A stretch of 64,000 bases of DNA, taken from Camelus ferus. Taxonomy: Eukaryota. The stretch spans positions 67,458,001-67,522,000 of the forward strand of contig NC_045697.1 of the NCBI RefSeq assembly GCF_009834535.1. The letters run 5' to 3'. How positions within the stretch are numbered: the stretch's first letter is position 1; each line of letters opens with the position of its first letter. Below, in pieces: positions 13,638 through 25,705 of this stretch. Both the position numbers and the translations under genes were made by a program. The notes beneath the pieces are model-generated. The model was not told the origin of the DNA. It did no database searches and saw only the letters and a program-made list of their open reading frames with translations.

Positions 13638-14128
13638 ATTGTTAATTGTATGTATCAACTTGATTAGGAGAAAGAATGTCCAGATAGCTGTTAAAACATT
13701 ATTCCTGGTTGTGTCTGTTACGGTGTACCCAAAAGAGATTAGCATTTGAATCAGTAGAATGAGATTACCATTGCAGGTGGGCATTATCCAATGCAGGTGG
13801 GCATTATCCAATCTACTGAGGGCTCAAGTAGAATAAAAAGGCAGAGAATGGGGAATTTTTTTTCTCTTTGCTTGAGCTGGGACATCCATCTCATCTTGCC
13901 TTTGGACATCTCTGCTCCTGGTTTTCAGGCCTTTTGACTTAGACTAGGACATACACCCTCGGCTCCCCTAGTTCTCAGGCCTTTGTACTTGGACTGAATT
14001 AGTGAACCGGCTTTCCTGGTTCTCCAACTCATGAATGACAGATCATGGGACTTCTTGTAAGTCTCCTCTTACATATATCTATATATATACTAGTAGTTCT
14101 GTTTCTCTGGAAGATTCTGACTAATATG
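13638..14128 (+). mobile_element. ERVL solo LTR (MLT2D-like)
   Basis: gttaattgtatgtatcaacttgatta...gagattagcatttgaatcagtaga...gcttgagctgggacatccatct...ctgtttctctggaagattctgactaata are MLT2 hallmarks. Confidence 0.85.
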
Positions 14129-14349
14129 CCCCTCAAATTATAGCATTCCTTCAATAAATTGTTAGTTTTCTAAAAAATTGATTTATCTATTTCTTTTCCT
14201 TTCATTATTCAGCATGAGCCACTTCTTACCTAGAAGAGTACATTATATAAACATACTTGTCATAACTAAAGTATTGCTTTTTTTTATTTGTTATACTTCA
14301 TATTTATTACAGCTTTAAATGAGTTTCTTTCCTTATTGTGTGAGTGTCC

Positions 14350-15080
14350 ATTCAATCAGTCAGTTCACACTGAACACACCCTATGCCAGTTATTGCACTA
14401 AGAGCTGGGATTAAAAAAATGTAGAAGGTAAATAGGAGCCCTGCCTTCATAGAACTTCCAGTTTAGTGGCAGAGACAGACCTGAAAACAGGCAATTGCCC
14501 TACCATGTAATATGTACCCAAATGGAAGGAGTACATGTTGCAGTGGGGGCCCATGGTTGGTATTGAAGAAATAATGTTTAAACAAAGACCTAAGTGTTGA
14601 ATAGGAGCTAACCAAGAAAAATATGAGGAGAGAATTATTCCACACAGAAGAAACAGAATGTGCAAAAATCTCTAAAGAAGAGTGAATATGGTGTGTTCAA
14701 GAAACTTAAATAAAGTAGTTTTGTTTTTTATAAGAAAGTAGCAAGAAATGAGGGTGCAAAAGTAAGCAAAGGCAAGATCATGAGTGACTTTTTATAAAAT
14801 TTTGAAAAAATTTGATTTTTATCCTAAGAGAGAAAGGAAGCCACTGAAGGATATCAAGTAAGATAAGGGATGATAGCTACTTGTTTAGGAAGTGTAATTT
14901 GGGGGCAGAGGGAACTGAGGGAAGGAGGTCAAGCCTAAAGGCAAAGGAACAATGTAGAAGATTATTGTAGTAAAGCAGGTAGTACAGCCTGGACAGGTAG
15001 ACCAAAATAATGCCGGAAGGGATGAGGAGAAGCAAAGGGACTTGACGGATGTCTACAAAGTTTACTGATCAAAATTTCAC
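14350..15080 (-). mobile_element. L2 fragment including 3' end
   Basis: cattcaatcagtc...ccctgccttcatagaacttccagtttagtggcagagacagac...ttttatcctaag...gaagccactgaagga is antisense L2. Confidence 0.75.
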
Positions 15081-15184
15081 AAAAGTTTGGATGGTATCTG
15101 TAGTCGCAATAATCATAATAGGTCCACTTCTAGGTTATCAAAATCATGAGCAAAAATCATTTGTAGTACTACCTTATTATCACT

Positions 15185-18100
15185 TTAATGACTGCAAGAT
15201 ATCCAGTGATAATCCCCTACTTCACTCCTGATTTTGGTGATTTGTGTCTTCTCTCTTTTTATATTTGTCTGTGTTGTTAGAGTTTTATCAATTTTATTGA
15301 TTAAAAAAGAGAGAGAGCAGCTTCTCCCTCCGGTTCCCCACCTAGTGACTTTTTTTTTTTTTTTTTTTTTTACTGTTTTCTTATTTTCAGTTTCACTAAC
15401 TTCTGATCTTGTTTTTTTGTTTGTTTGTTCGTTCCCTTCTACTTGCCTTGGGTTTATTTTGCTCTTTCTTTTTCTGGTTTCCTGAGGTAGAAACATAGGT
15501 TGTTGATTTGGGATCTTTAAAAGTTTCTAGTGTAAGTGTATTGTGCTGTAAATTTCCCTCTCCGTACTGCTTTAGCTAGATCTAATATAATTTATTAAGT
15601 TGTATTTTGTTTTCATTTTACTGTATGCATTTTTAACTTCCTTTGTGACCTCCTCTTTGACCCATGGATTATTTAGAAGTGATTTCTATTGTTTAATATC
15701 CATGTGTCTAGAGATTTACCTGTTTTCTTCGTGTTATTTATTTCTAATTTTATTCCACCATGGTCATATTCTATATGATTAGAATTCCTTTAAATTTGCT
15801 GAGGTTTGTTTTAATGCTTAGGATATGGTGTGTCTTGGTGAGTGTTTCATGGATGCATGAAAAAAGTGTATTGTATTATTATTAAATAGACGGCTCTATA
15901 TATGTGAATTAGATCCTGTTGATTGATGATGGATCTTCTTTTTTCTTTACTAATCTTCTGTCTAGTAATTTTATCAGTTTCTGAGAGAAAGGTGTGGAAA
16001 TTCCTGAAATGGATTAATTTATTTCTCCTTTCAGCTCTATCAGTTTTTGCTTTATGTATTTTCAGGCTATTTTGTTTGATGCTTTCAGCAGATTGGTATT
16101 TTTTCAATATATTATTATTTTATGTTTCAATATATATTAGCCTGTATTTGTCTCCAGTAATTCTCTTTACTCTAAAGTTTACTTTATCAGATATTAATAC
16201 TGTCTACCTTTTGTTGATTAATGCTTATATTATAGTCACTTCTACCCTTTGTTGATTAATGTTTATTTTATATATCTTTTTCCATCCTCTTGCTTTCTAT
16301 TTACCTATGTTGAATTTGAAGGGTTTTTATAAGCAGCATAAAGTTGAACTATGCTGCTTTATCCACTCTGCTGATCTCTGTGTTTAGACTGGTGCGTCTT
16401 TAACAATTTACTTGTAATTATTGATATGTTGGTACTTACAGCTGCTATTTTATTACTTGTTTCCTGCGTATTCCCTTTGGTTCTCATTCATTTGCCTTTA
16501 CATCTCCTTTCTTGCCTTCCCATTGGTTACTAGAACATTTTTAAAGATACACTCTTGCTTTATCTATAGTGTTTTTAAGTGTATCTCTTCATAAAATTTC
16601 ATTGGGGTTGCCCTGGGCATCACTACACACACACACATACACACACCACAACTTATCACAGTCTACTGGTATAAATGTTTAGCCACTTCTAGTGGAAGCC
16701 TTTATTCCACTTGTGTCTTTATTTTCCCAGTTTTAAATATTAATATCTTGAATAGTATCAGATGATATTATAATTTTATTTCAATTATCAAATACAATTT
16801 ATGAAACTTAGGAGGAAAAGATTGTCTATTGTATTATGCATCTTCCTGCTCTTTGCATTGATCATTCTTCCTTCTTAACGTTTCAGAATTATTTCTCTTG
16901 TCATTTTGTTTTTCCTTGAAGAACTTCCTTTGGCCAACCTTTAAGGGTAGGTTTGCTGGTAATAAATTATTTTAGTTTTCTTTTGTGTGAGATTGTCTGT
17001 TTTTTTCTTTGTTCCTGCAGGATAATCTTGCCATATACAGAATCTGTGGCTCATAGCTTTTATCTTTCAGTACTTAAAAAAATGTTGTGTCATTTTCTTT
17101 TGGCCTGCAAAGTTTCAGGTGAGAAATTTACATCTGAATTGGTATTACTGTATGGTTAATATTTCTTGTCTTTCTGATTGATTTCAGTATTTTTGTCTTT
17201 ATTTTTTTAAGTTTAATTAAGATATATCTTGGCATGAATTTCTTTGGGTTTATTCTGTTGGAGTTTGCTCAGCTTCTTGGATCTGTGGGTTTGCATTTTT
17301 TGCCTAGATTTGGGAAGTTTTTAGTCGTTACTTTTACAAATACTCATTTAGATGTACTCTGTTTCTCTTCTCCTCCTGGGACTCTGATGATATGAATATT
17401 GGAACTTTTGTTATTTTCCCTTAGGTCTGTGAAGCTCTGCTACACATTTTCAGTCTACTTTTTTTCTTTCTTGTTCAGATTGGGTGAATTCTATGATTTG
17501 TCTTCAATTCACTGTTTCTAATCTCTCTAATCACCACTCTACTGTTGTGCCCTTCCAGTGAAGGTTTTTTTAAATATGATTTTTGTAACGCTATAATCTC
17601 TACTTGGTTCTATTTTATAAGTTATCTTTTTTGCTCTTATATTCTATCTGTCATTTGTTTCAAAATAATTTGGCATTGAATATTGAAGCATGGTTAACCA
17701 TGGCTGACTGAAAGTCCTTATCAGATAATCCCAACATCTGACTCATTCTAATGTTTACATCAGATGATTGTCTTTCTCATTCAACTTATGATTGTCTTGT
17801 TTCTTGGTATAACAAGTGATTTTTTTTTTATCCTAAAGAATTTGCCTATTAAGTTAGGAAACTCTAGGTTCTATTTAATATTTAAATTTTTAAACAGATA
17901 GTCACCCTGTTTTAAGTTTTGGCTTACCTTTTTGAGCTGTAGTTCCAATGTCAGTTTAAATTTCAGAGACTTTATGGTGGTATTTTGGTCAGCTTGGTTT
18001 ATTTGTGCTCCTGGCGTTCCCACTTGTCTCTGCTGGTGCTGCCTGAGGGAGTACAATGGGATCCTCATCCCAGTTGCTGGGTGTCTTCAAGGTTTAGATG

Positions 18101-19353
18101 GATGGTGTGAGATCTACCTATTCATGCCTCCTGGCTTCCCAGTTTTTCTCAGAAAAGAAGGGGCTTTATAGGCCTACAGTGTATAAGAGACCTCCTAGGT
18201 CTGGCAACTTGTTACTGGGTGCATCTTGCTGATTCTACCACCAGCCCCAGTGCCTCCAGACAAGGAGGGGTTTTCAGGACCTGCATGATTACTGTGGTTG
18301 GGTCCTTTGTTTTATTCAGTTTCGGCTGCTATAATAAAATACCATAAACTTTGTGACTTAAACATCAAACATTTATTTCTCACAGTTCTAGAGGCTAGAA
18401 ATCCCACAGTCAGTGCCAGCATGGCTGGATTCTTGGTGAGAGTCCTCTTCCTGGTTTATAGACGGCCACTTTCTTGCTTTATCATCACAGGGAAGAGAGA
18501 GCTCTGGTCCCTTCATCTCCTTGTATGGACATAGATCCCATCATGGGGGCTCCGCTTTCATGACCTTATTTAATCTAATGACCTCCCAAAGGTCCCACCT
18601 CCAAATATCATAACATTGGGAATTAGGAATTCAACAAAGAATTTTGAGGGGAACACAAACATTTAGTCCATAGCAGCCCTTACTGCCTCTTTTCCGCCAC
18701 CTGCCCCAATTTCTCCTGGAGTCGAGAGGCAGTGGCAGTCTGGTAAAAGACGCCTATCTGGAAGGACTACTTGCTGTGGCTCAGTCCCTCTTGCGGGTTC
18801 TGCTGGTTTCTCTTGACCATTCAGTGCTTCTGGGCAGAAAAGGAGTGTCTTAGGATCAAAGATGCTTCCCAGGCCAGGCCACTTGTGACTGAGTCCCTCC
18901 TGCTGATCCTGCTCACCATCCCTAGCGCTCTTAGAGGAAGAGGAGAATCTTAGTCTGGTGGAGAAGAAGAGTGCTTCCCCGGATACTTTTTGTTGGTAAG
19001 GATACTTACTGATCCCCTTTCTGTGGTATCAGGCTTGCCTAATACTGTCAGAGGGATTCCCATTTGATCTTAGAAGAAAATTGAATTTATCTGGGCTGCT
19101 TTCCATTGCTAGGTTGGGATTGGCAAATGCGAGGCCTGGGGGGGCCTTCTTCTACTAGGCGGGAGGGGCATAAAATATCCTGCTGCTGTGTTTTTCCTCC
19201 AATTTTGAGGTCCAAAACCAGTTTGCCTTTTGATCACCTTTCAGAATTGTCCTTTGGTGGTCAGTCGCATTATTTCCAGAATTTAAAGCTGTGCTTAGCA
19301 GGGAAGAGCTAGGAGAAGTGGCCCTGTACACTATTGTGTGGACCAGAAATCCC
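15185..19353 (-). mobile_element. Old L1 (L1MC/L1M4-type): 5' UTR, ORF1, ORF2 N-terminal part; 3'-truncated
   Basis: ORF2-like minus-strand peptides (INKIDKTL...KREKTQITKIRSE; RQKISKE...INQQDLIHIY). The L1M-type 5' terminus ends at ~19353. Interrupted by MLT1A. Confidence 0.8.
18308..18675 (-). mobile_element. MaLR solo LTR (MLT1A/MLT1A0-like) inside L1
   Basis: ggctgctataataaaataccataaact...catttatttctcacagttctagaggctagaa...aacacaaacatttagtccatagca; TG..CA ends. Confidence 0.9.
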
Positions 19354-21113
19354 ATTCGATTTGCTTTTCACAATTTGGTTTTAATAGCTATGCAATGAGT
19401 ACGCTTAATGCCTAAGATCCGTCCCTCAAATATATTTGAATTTTTCATTTATCATTTTCTCTAATACCAAATTTTAAAGCAGTGCTGCAGTTCTATAACA
19501 ATATAATATTATTCCCCTATTAGCAATTCTCTAAGATTTATTTCAGGTTTTAAAATCCCTTGATGATGACCTGATCTTTGCTTTGTAGCTTAAGTGAAGG
19601 CTCCTGATAGCTCAACCAACCAAAGCTGTGCAGCACTTACTGTTCACTGGGGCCTTCTGTTAGAATGAGATTGAGCAGCTTTGCATAAACTGAAAAGGTA
19701 GGAAAGGATAAGAAGGATATAAATTAAATTAGCGCTTATATTTAAAAACATATTTTGGTGGAGAAATATGATGTTTGCCAAGAACAATGATAGAAGCCCT
19801 GAAATTGTTGAAAATATTGTAAATATTTCCTTTAACAGTTAGATATAGATTGAGAGCAAAGAAAATACCATATGAAGAGATATACCTCTAACAAGTAATT
19901 TTCCAGCAAAGTTTTTCTAAGTTCTATGAGGACAAATAAAATTGTTAATTAAATGTTTAATGTTATTTATAAGAAGCATAAGGGTTTGGGGTTACCTGTC
20001 TAGTGTAGCCAAGTTGTGTTTTTATGGGCTGTTATCCAAACTTTAAATTAGAAAACATTGAGCAACATGTGCACATTGAACCTGTGTCCATTTTACAATA
20101 TTTGCTGCATAATTTTACTCAGTAAATTATTAAGGCTTTATGACATTGCTGGTCATATATATGATTTATTTGTTGCCAAGATGTTGGTTAGGAAGGCAAT
20201 ACCTAATTATAACTTTTTCATGGGAAATCAGTTTCATTTATATGGCATGGTTTCCACTAGAAAATTATGGAGAAAAGTGGGAACTACTACGAATAAATAT
20301 TTCTGTGCATAAACACATTCACTGAATAACTGAAATATAAATTGCTCAGATAAAAATTTGATCAAATTATATGGATCTGAAACAATCACATTATATATTA
20401 TGCACCAATTTGAAATTATTAGCATCACCTTTGATTTACCAGCAGTAGGTATTTGATCCAAAATCTCTTCATCATTGACTCTAATGTACTACTCTGTCAA
20501 GCGGATTTTGCCTTTTTTTTTTTTTTTTCTTTATGGTATCTAGAGCTGAGAGGATTTTAATTTGAACATTTATTCTGAGAAAATCTAATTCACTTCTCCA
20601 AGTGCTCAGGATTACTCTTCTGGCAGCTATGGAAGCCCTGGAGGAGCCATTCACTCTCAGTCTAGTGTGCTGAACAAATTATTATTTCCCAAAATAATAT
20701 CAATTAAGCCAACATTGAAAAGTTAGTACCTGTATTAATCTCAGGAGACAAGTTACAATATTTCTCCAAAAGAGCTGCCACCCAAGGACGATGCGTTCTT
20801 AGCTTGCATGGTTACTCTACTTTTATATTATATTTCTATGGTCTGTTTGTGCTAGATGTTACCTGCTAACCACTTCTACTAGTACTACTCACTACCACAC
20901 ATACTCACTTGCTTTCATATGTATTTACACCACGTACATTTTTTTAACCTATACATTTTGGCATTTCATTTTGAAAATTGTCTTGGGTAGGGATACAAAA
21001 GAGCTGTATTCTTTTTCTAGTTTTTAAATAAATACTGTGTGACTTTAGGGAATTCATTTCACTTTTGTATGACACATTTTCCATATTTGAAAAGTGAAAA
21101 TGTTGGACTAGGT

Positions 21114-21323
21114 CATAGGTTAGCAAACTAAGGCCTTTCGACCAGCCATCTGTTTTGGTAAATAAAGTTTTATTGAAATACATCCATGCTCATTCATTTA
21201 TGCATGGTCTACAACTTCATTTACACTGCATCATCAGATTTGAGTAGCTGTGACAGAGATCATATAGCCTGCATGCATAAATATTTGCTGCCTGCACCTT
21301 TAAGAAAACGTTTGTCAGTTCTG
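21114..21323. mobile_element. MER58A (hAT-Charlie MITE) inserted in a MIR3-like element
   Basis: ggttagcaaacta...ctgttttggtaaataaagttttattgaaatacatccatgctcattcattta...; degenerate 8-bp TSD gactaggt / gagtagat. Confidence 0.85.
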
Positions 21324-21617
21324 GAGTAGATGATCAATAAGGTCTTTTCCAGGTGTATTCACATCACTCAAGAAGATTCTGATAGGAAAAAAATCTTAGT
21401 CTTCCTGTCAGGGATGATGATAAAAATTTTTTAATTATTTTGTTATGTATTCTAAAATTCTCCATGAATCCAAAGGACAAAAATCAACTTGATATATTTA
21501 AATAGTGGAATTATCTCAAGTTATAGTCTATTGAATAATGACAGAGTGCTAAACCCAGTATTAGTCATATTTTTAGTAATTTGTCCATTTTTTCCAGTGC
21601 TTCAATTTTGTCATATT

Positions 21618-21787
21618 TTTACTTTTTAGTTGAAGTATAGTCGGTTTACAATGTTGTGTTAATTTCTGGTGTACAGGATAGTGATTCAGTTATACAAATG
21701 TATATATATTCCTCTTCATTTTCTTTTTATTATAGGCTATTACAAGATATTGAATATAGTTCCCTGTGCTATACAGTAGGACCTTGT
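21618..21787 (-). mobile_element. 5'-truncated L1 3' end
   Basis: ttgaagtatagtcggtttacaatgttgtgttaatttctggtgtacag...gatattgaatatagttccctgtgctatacagtaggaccttgt; TSD ttgtcatatt / ttgtcatctt. Confidence 0.85.
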
Positions 21788-22487
21788 CATCTTAATTGTA
21801 AGAGATGTAGTATAATCTTAAATCAATCTACATTTATTAGGAGACTTTTATTCAAAGTCCATTTGGGTCCATTTAGAGAGTTAAAACAGCCTCACCCCTC
21901 GAATAATCAGAAATCAAATGGAATAAAAAACTAAAATTCAAGTATAAGTAATTAAAATTCATAAACTCATAGAAAATGAAATATAAATATATAGAGAGAT
22001 GTGTGTATGTGTGTGTGTACATTAATTGGAAGAGGGTATTAACAGTGAAGGCTTGAATTTTATTATATGTCAGGGAGGAAGACTGGCATTCATATTGGAT
22101 TGGTGCTTCAATAATATGTTCTGTTTTTCTGTGACTTTCAAAGTAGTAAAATGACAATATGTCAAGTGACCATTGGGAAGTGATGAACTGTCAATTTCAA
22201 ATTAGTAAAGACTTTAAAATCTGTGATCAGGAACTTAAATTTCACAAAGCGGTATATTGAGAATTACTGCAGCATTAGGAGGAAGATAATGAAAGCATTA
22301 ATTTATTGTAAAACTTTTGGACTGAAAAATGAAAATGCATTAAGGAGCACAACCTAAGTCACACAAAAGATACCTAGGACATTTTATAAACTAACAGCAG
22401 AATCTCTCTTCTCTCTTACTTCTCAGAAAACCATTATCAGCTGAGTTATTGTAAACGTTTATCTTAAATACAGTTTATGTAGAAAAT

Positions 22488-22680
22488 TGTGATAGATTTT
22501 TGGCCAAAATGGCCATAACTATTCCCTTTTTGATATCCACATCCCATAGGTTGTGATTTTGGACGTCTTTCCATTAGGATATGGAGTCATTTCCCCTACA
22601 GTTTAAATCTGGGCTGGCCTCAGATTGATCTGGTTTGGCCAAGTGAATTCAACAGAACTGATTGCAGCAGCCTTTAACTA
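22488..22680 (+). mobile_element. MaLR LTR 5' fragment (MLT1G/H-like)
   Basis: tgtgatagat...aaaatggccataactattccc...tggagtcatttcccct...aatctgggctggcct. Confidence 0.6.
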
Positions 22681-23400
22681 ACACACTGTCACTAGGTATG
22701 GTGCACAGGGCTTTAGCTGACCTGGGAACTGTGGCCCGTTTGCTACAACAGAGGCTGTACATGCATGTGTATGTTTAAATCTCTCTGTCTTGAGAATTTA
22801 TTGCTTCTCTACCATGAGTAAATTCTGACTCTATGATTCTACTTTTTTTTGGTCTCCCCCTACTCTCCCTTCACTTCCTGATTTTATTAGATTATATTTT
22901 ATTTCTGTTTTACTTTGTTTTATTATTTATATGTTTTAATTATAATTATTACATTATTTATTATTTGATTAATCATATTTAAATAAATATCTTTTGAAAT
23001 CTGGCCTGTAAAATAGGAGTTTGGCATACCTACACTAATGCAAAAATTCTTATCACCTTTGACTTCTCAAACTTTGTTAGTTATAGGAGTGTTACATTGT
23101 CAAGGTTTTTAATCATAGTGTTAACTGTACTACTTTTAGTCCTAGAGATTTACTGTCTTTTGCTACTTTTACTATTAATTTCTTAAAGTTGACTAAACTG
23201 TATTCCTTAATAGTTTCTTCAAGAAGACTCATGGAGACTGAGTTGTTACATGGTCAAAAAAGTTGTACCTTGTCTTTATACTTGAATGGCTGGGAATAAA
23301 ATCACTGGATCACATTTTCTTTAAGGATTTAAAGGTGTGGCTCCAATGTGTTCTCTAATGTTTATTGCTACATTAAGGAAATCTGAAGTCTACATGATTT

Positions 23401-23534
23401 TTTTGTGTGTGGGGGGGTATTTATTATTATTAATTTTTACTTATTTATTTTTTTAGTGGAAGTCCTAGGAATTGAACCCAGGACCTCCTGCATGCTGAGC
23501 ACGCACTCTACTACTGAGCTATACCCTCCCTCCC
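23401..23534 (-). mobile_element. tRNA-Ala-derived camelid SINE (Vic-1-like), second copy
   Basis: Minus strand GGGAGGGTATAGCTCAGTAGTAGAGTGCGTGCTCAGCATGCAGGAGGTCCTGGGTTCAATTCC..., followed by A-rich, C-run and A-rich tail; degenerate TSD acatgattt / acctgattt. Confidence 0.9.
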
Positions 23535-23674
23535 AACCTGATTTGTTTTATATTAAGAAGGAATTTTATATTTTGGTGCACTCAAAGGGTTCTTACTTAT
23601 AGATTTCTTTTAAAAAATAACATTTACTGGATGCTAGTGTTAATGTGTAACAGCTATATCATATAGGTATAATT

Positions 23675-23723
23675 TTTTTAACATTTTTACTGATTTATAA
23701 TCATTTTACAATGTGTGTCAAAT
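23675..23723 (-). mobile_element. 49-bp extreme 5'-truncated young L1 tail in a MIR
   Basis: Reverse complement is nearly identical to the L1 3' end at ~48794-48845; perfect 11-bp TSD TAGGTATAATT at 23664-23674 and 23724-23734. Confidence 0.9.
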
Positions 23724-24819
23724 TAGGTATAATTCTTATACCCATTTTATAGATGAAAAAATTGTTTCCAATGCCACACACAAAATAAGTGATTCTACAG
23801 TCTCATTTGGAGAGTTAGAAGCAACTGCATGAAGAATAATCTCATCATACATGGGTGAAGTCTCTTAATATAGGCTACATGGCAGAAGATTAAATAAATG
23901 ACTTGAAAAATTGAACTGTGAGTGTTTTCCAGAACATAGACTAAAAGGACAAAGTGATGAAAATCATGGAGAGTACAGCCAAAAATTCCAAATATTGTTT
24001 AAGATTTTCAGCTGTTGTCTAACTGAACAGAACACGGAGAATAAAAGAAATAAAATAAAGAATGACAGAAAAAAATCTCAGAGCTAGGAAAACAAATAGT
24101 CTTCAGTTTGAGTCAAGTAAAAACAGTGAAGGACAAATGGCTATAATAGACTTACAAAATGTTATAACAATGGAAAAAAATAAAGTCCTAAAAGCATTCA
24201 GAATCAAATTAAACAAAACAAAAAAAAAAACAGATTTGTGATCAGCCATTTCAAAGCTTTATAGTGGTCTCTCCCAAAAAGATTTTGCAAAACTGAAACC
24301 TCCTCTATTTATTATTTTTACTGTAAATGGACATTAATTTAGAGGTAAAAATGGATAAGCAAGACTTTTAATTGTGAAATTCAAATGTTTATTGTCTCTT
24401 TACCTCATTTTATTTTCTCATAGCACTTATCTTTTTACATACTGTAAAATGTTTATTATATATTTTTCTTCATGGGATTATAAGCATGAAGATGTTTTTG
24501 TTTATTTACTGATTGTTCTCAATACTTGGAATAATGACTGAAACAAAGGAGATGATTAATATTATTTGTAGCATAAATTCTTTATAGTATCAAAATTCTG
24601 GAAACTACCTAAATGCTCATTAACAGGAGAATGGTTAAATAATGTATAATATAATCAAATCATGTACCAGTTAAATAGAGTGACATCGTCACAATATTAC
24701 TGAATGCAAACTCTCAAAACCCATCTGTAAGCATGTAGATGTCTAAAAAAAAACTAATAGAATGTATTCAGAAATACTAACTATAATTTCTTAATGGGAT
24801 TGGGGTGGTCAATCAATAG

Positions 24820-25520
24820 TCAGTCAGAAAGTGTTTCATAAACCTTATTTTCTGCCAGGTAATATTCTCATGTAACAGTGAACAGTTTCTTACCATGAGG
24901 GTAATTACAATTTCATGAGTGGGGTACACTAACATACAAGTGTAAATAAGAAAATTTCAGGGACTGAGAAGTGCTGCAAAGTAGATAAAATAGAGTTGTA
25001 ATCGGGAGACTAACTTTGAAAATGTTGATTGCCTTGTATTGGTTGTTCAGGGGTAGAGTCTCTGAAAGGATAATATTTAAGTTGAAAACCTGTATATGAG
25101 CAGGAGGGCAGCATAAAGAGCATGAAGGTTTAGGAATTAAGCACTGGAAACAGAAATGGGGAAAAAAGCAATCACCAAATGCAAACGGCCTGGGATGGGA
25201 ATGGGCATGGCAATGATTGAAGGACAAATTGAAGACAAAAATATGTGGAACATGGCAAATGAGGGAGAGATGGCCCATTTGGGAGGTGTCGGGGAGGGGG
25301 GACAAGGTAAAACAAGGAGGCTAGGGCCTTTGTCAGTCGTGTGACCTAAACATTGTGATATGTGTAATAGCAGAGCATTCATGGAATTTAAGAAAGACTG
25401 AGTTGTGATCTAATTTTTGCTTTACAAAGAAGTGGTAGCGTGGAAAGAATGATTAGCGGAGAATTGAGAGTGATGTTCAGAGACCAATTAGAAGCTGATA
25501 GAATAAGCCAGGTGTCTCCA
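24820..25520 (-). mobile_element. L2 fragment
   Basis: Purine-rich antisense L2 (gagaagtgctgcaaa...atttaagttgaaaacctg...gttgtgatctaatttttgctttacaaaag). Confidence 0.65.
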
Positions 25521-25574
25521 AACAGGTGATGAGCAGTAGGACTTCCATTTGTCAACATATATTCTTCTGTGTCT

Positions 25575-25705
25575 TTTTTCTTTTCCTTCCTTCCTTCCTT
25601 CCTTCCGTGCATCCTTCTGTCCTTCCTCCCTCCCTCCCTCCCCCTCTTCCTGCCTTCCTCTCTCCCTCCTTCCCCTTCCTTCCTTCCTTCCTTTCTTTCT
25701 TCCTT
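25575..25705. repeat. (CCTT/CCCT)n polypyrimidine low-complexity tract
   Basis: Direct reading. Confidence 0.9.

Noticed and set aside
15300..15372. Short odd sequence plus T run inside L1 as a separate retro-insertion
   Set aside because: No TSD or identifiable source; may be local divergence with poly-T expansion.
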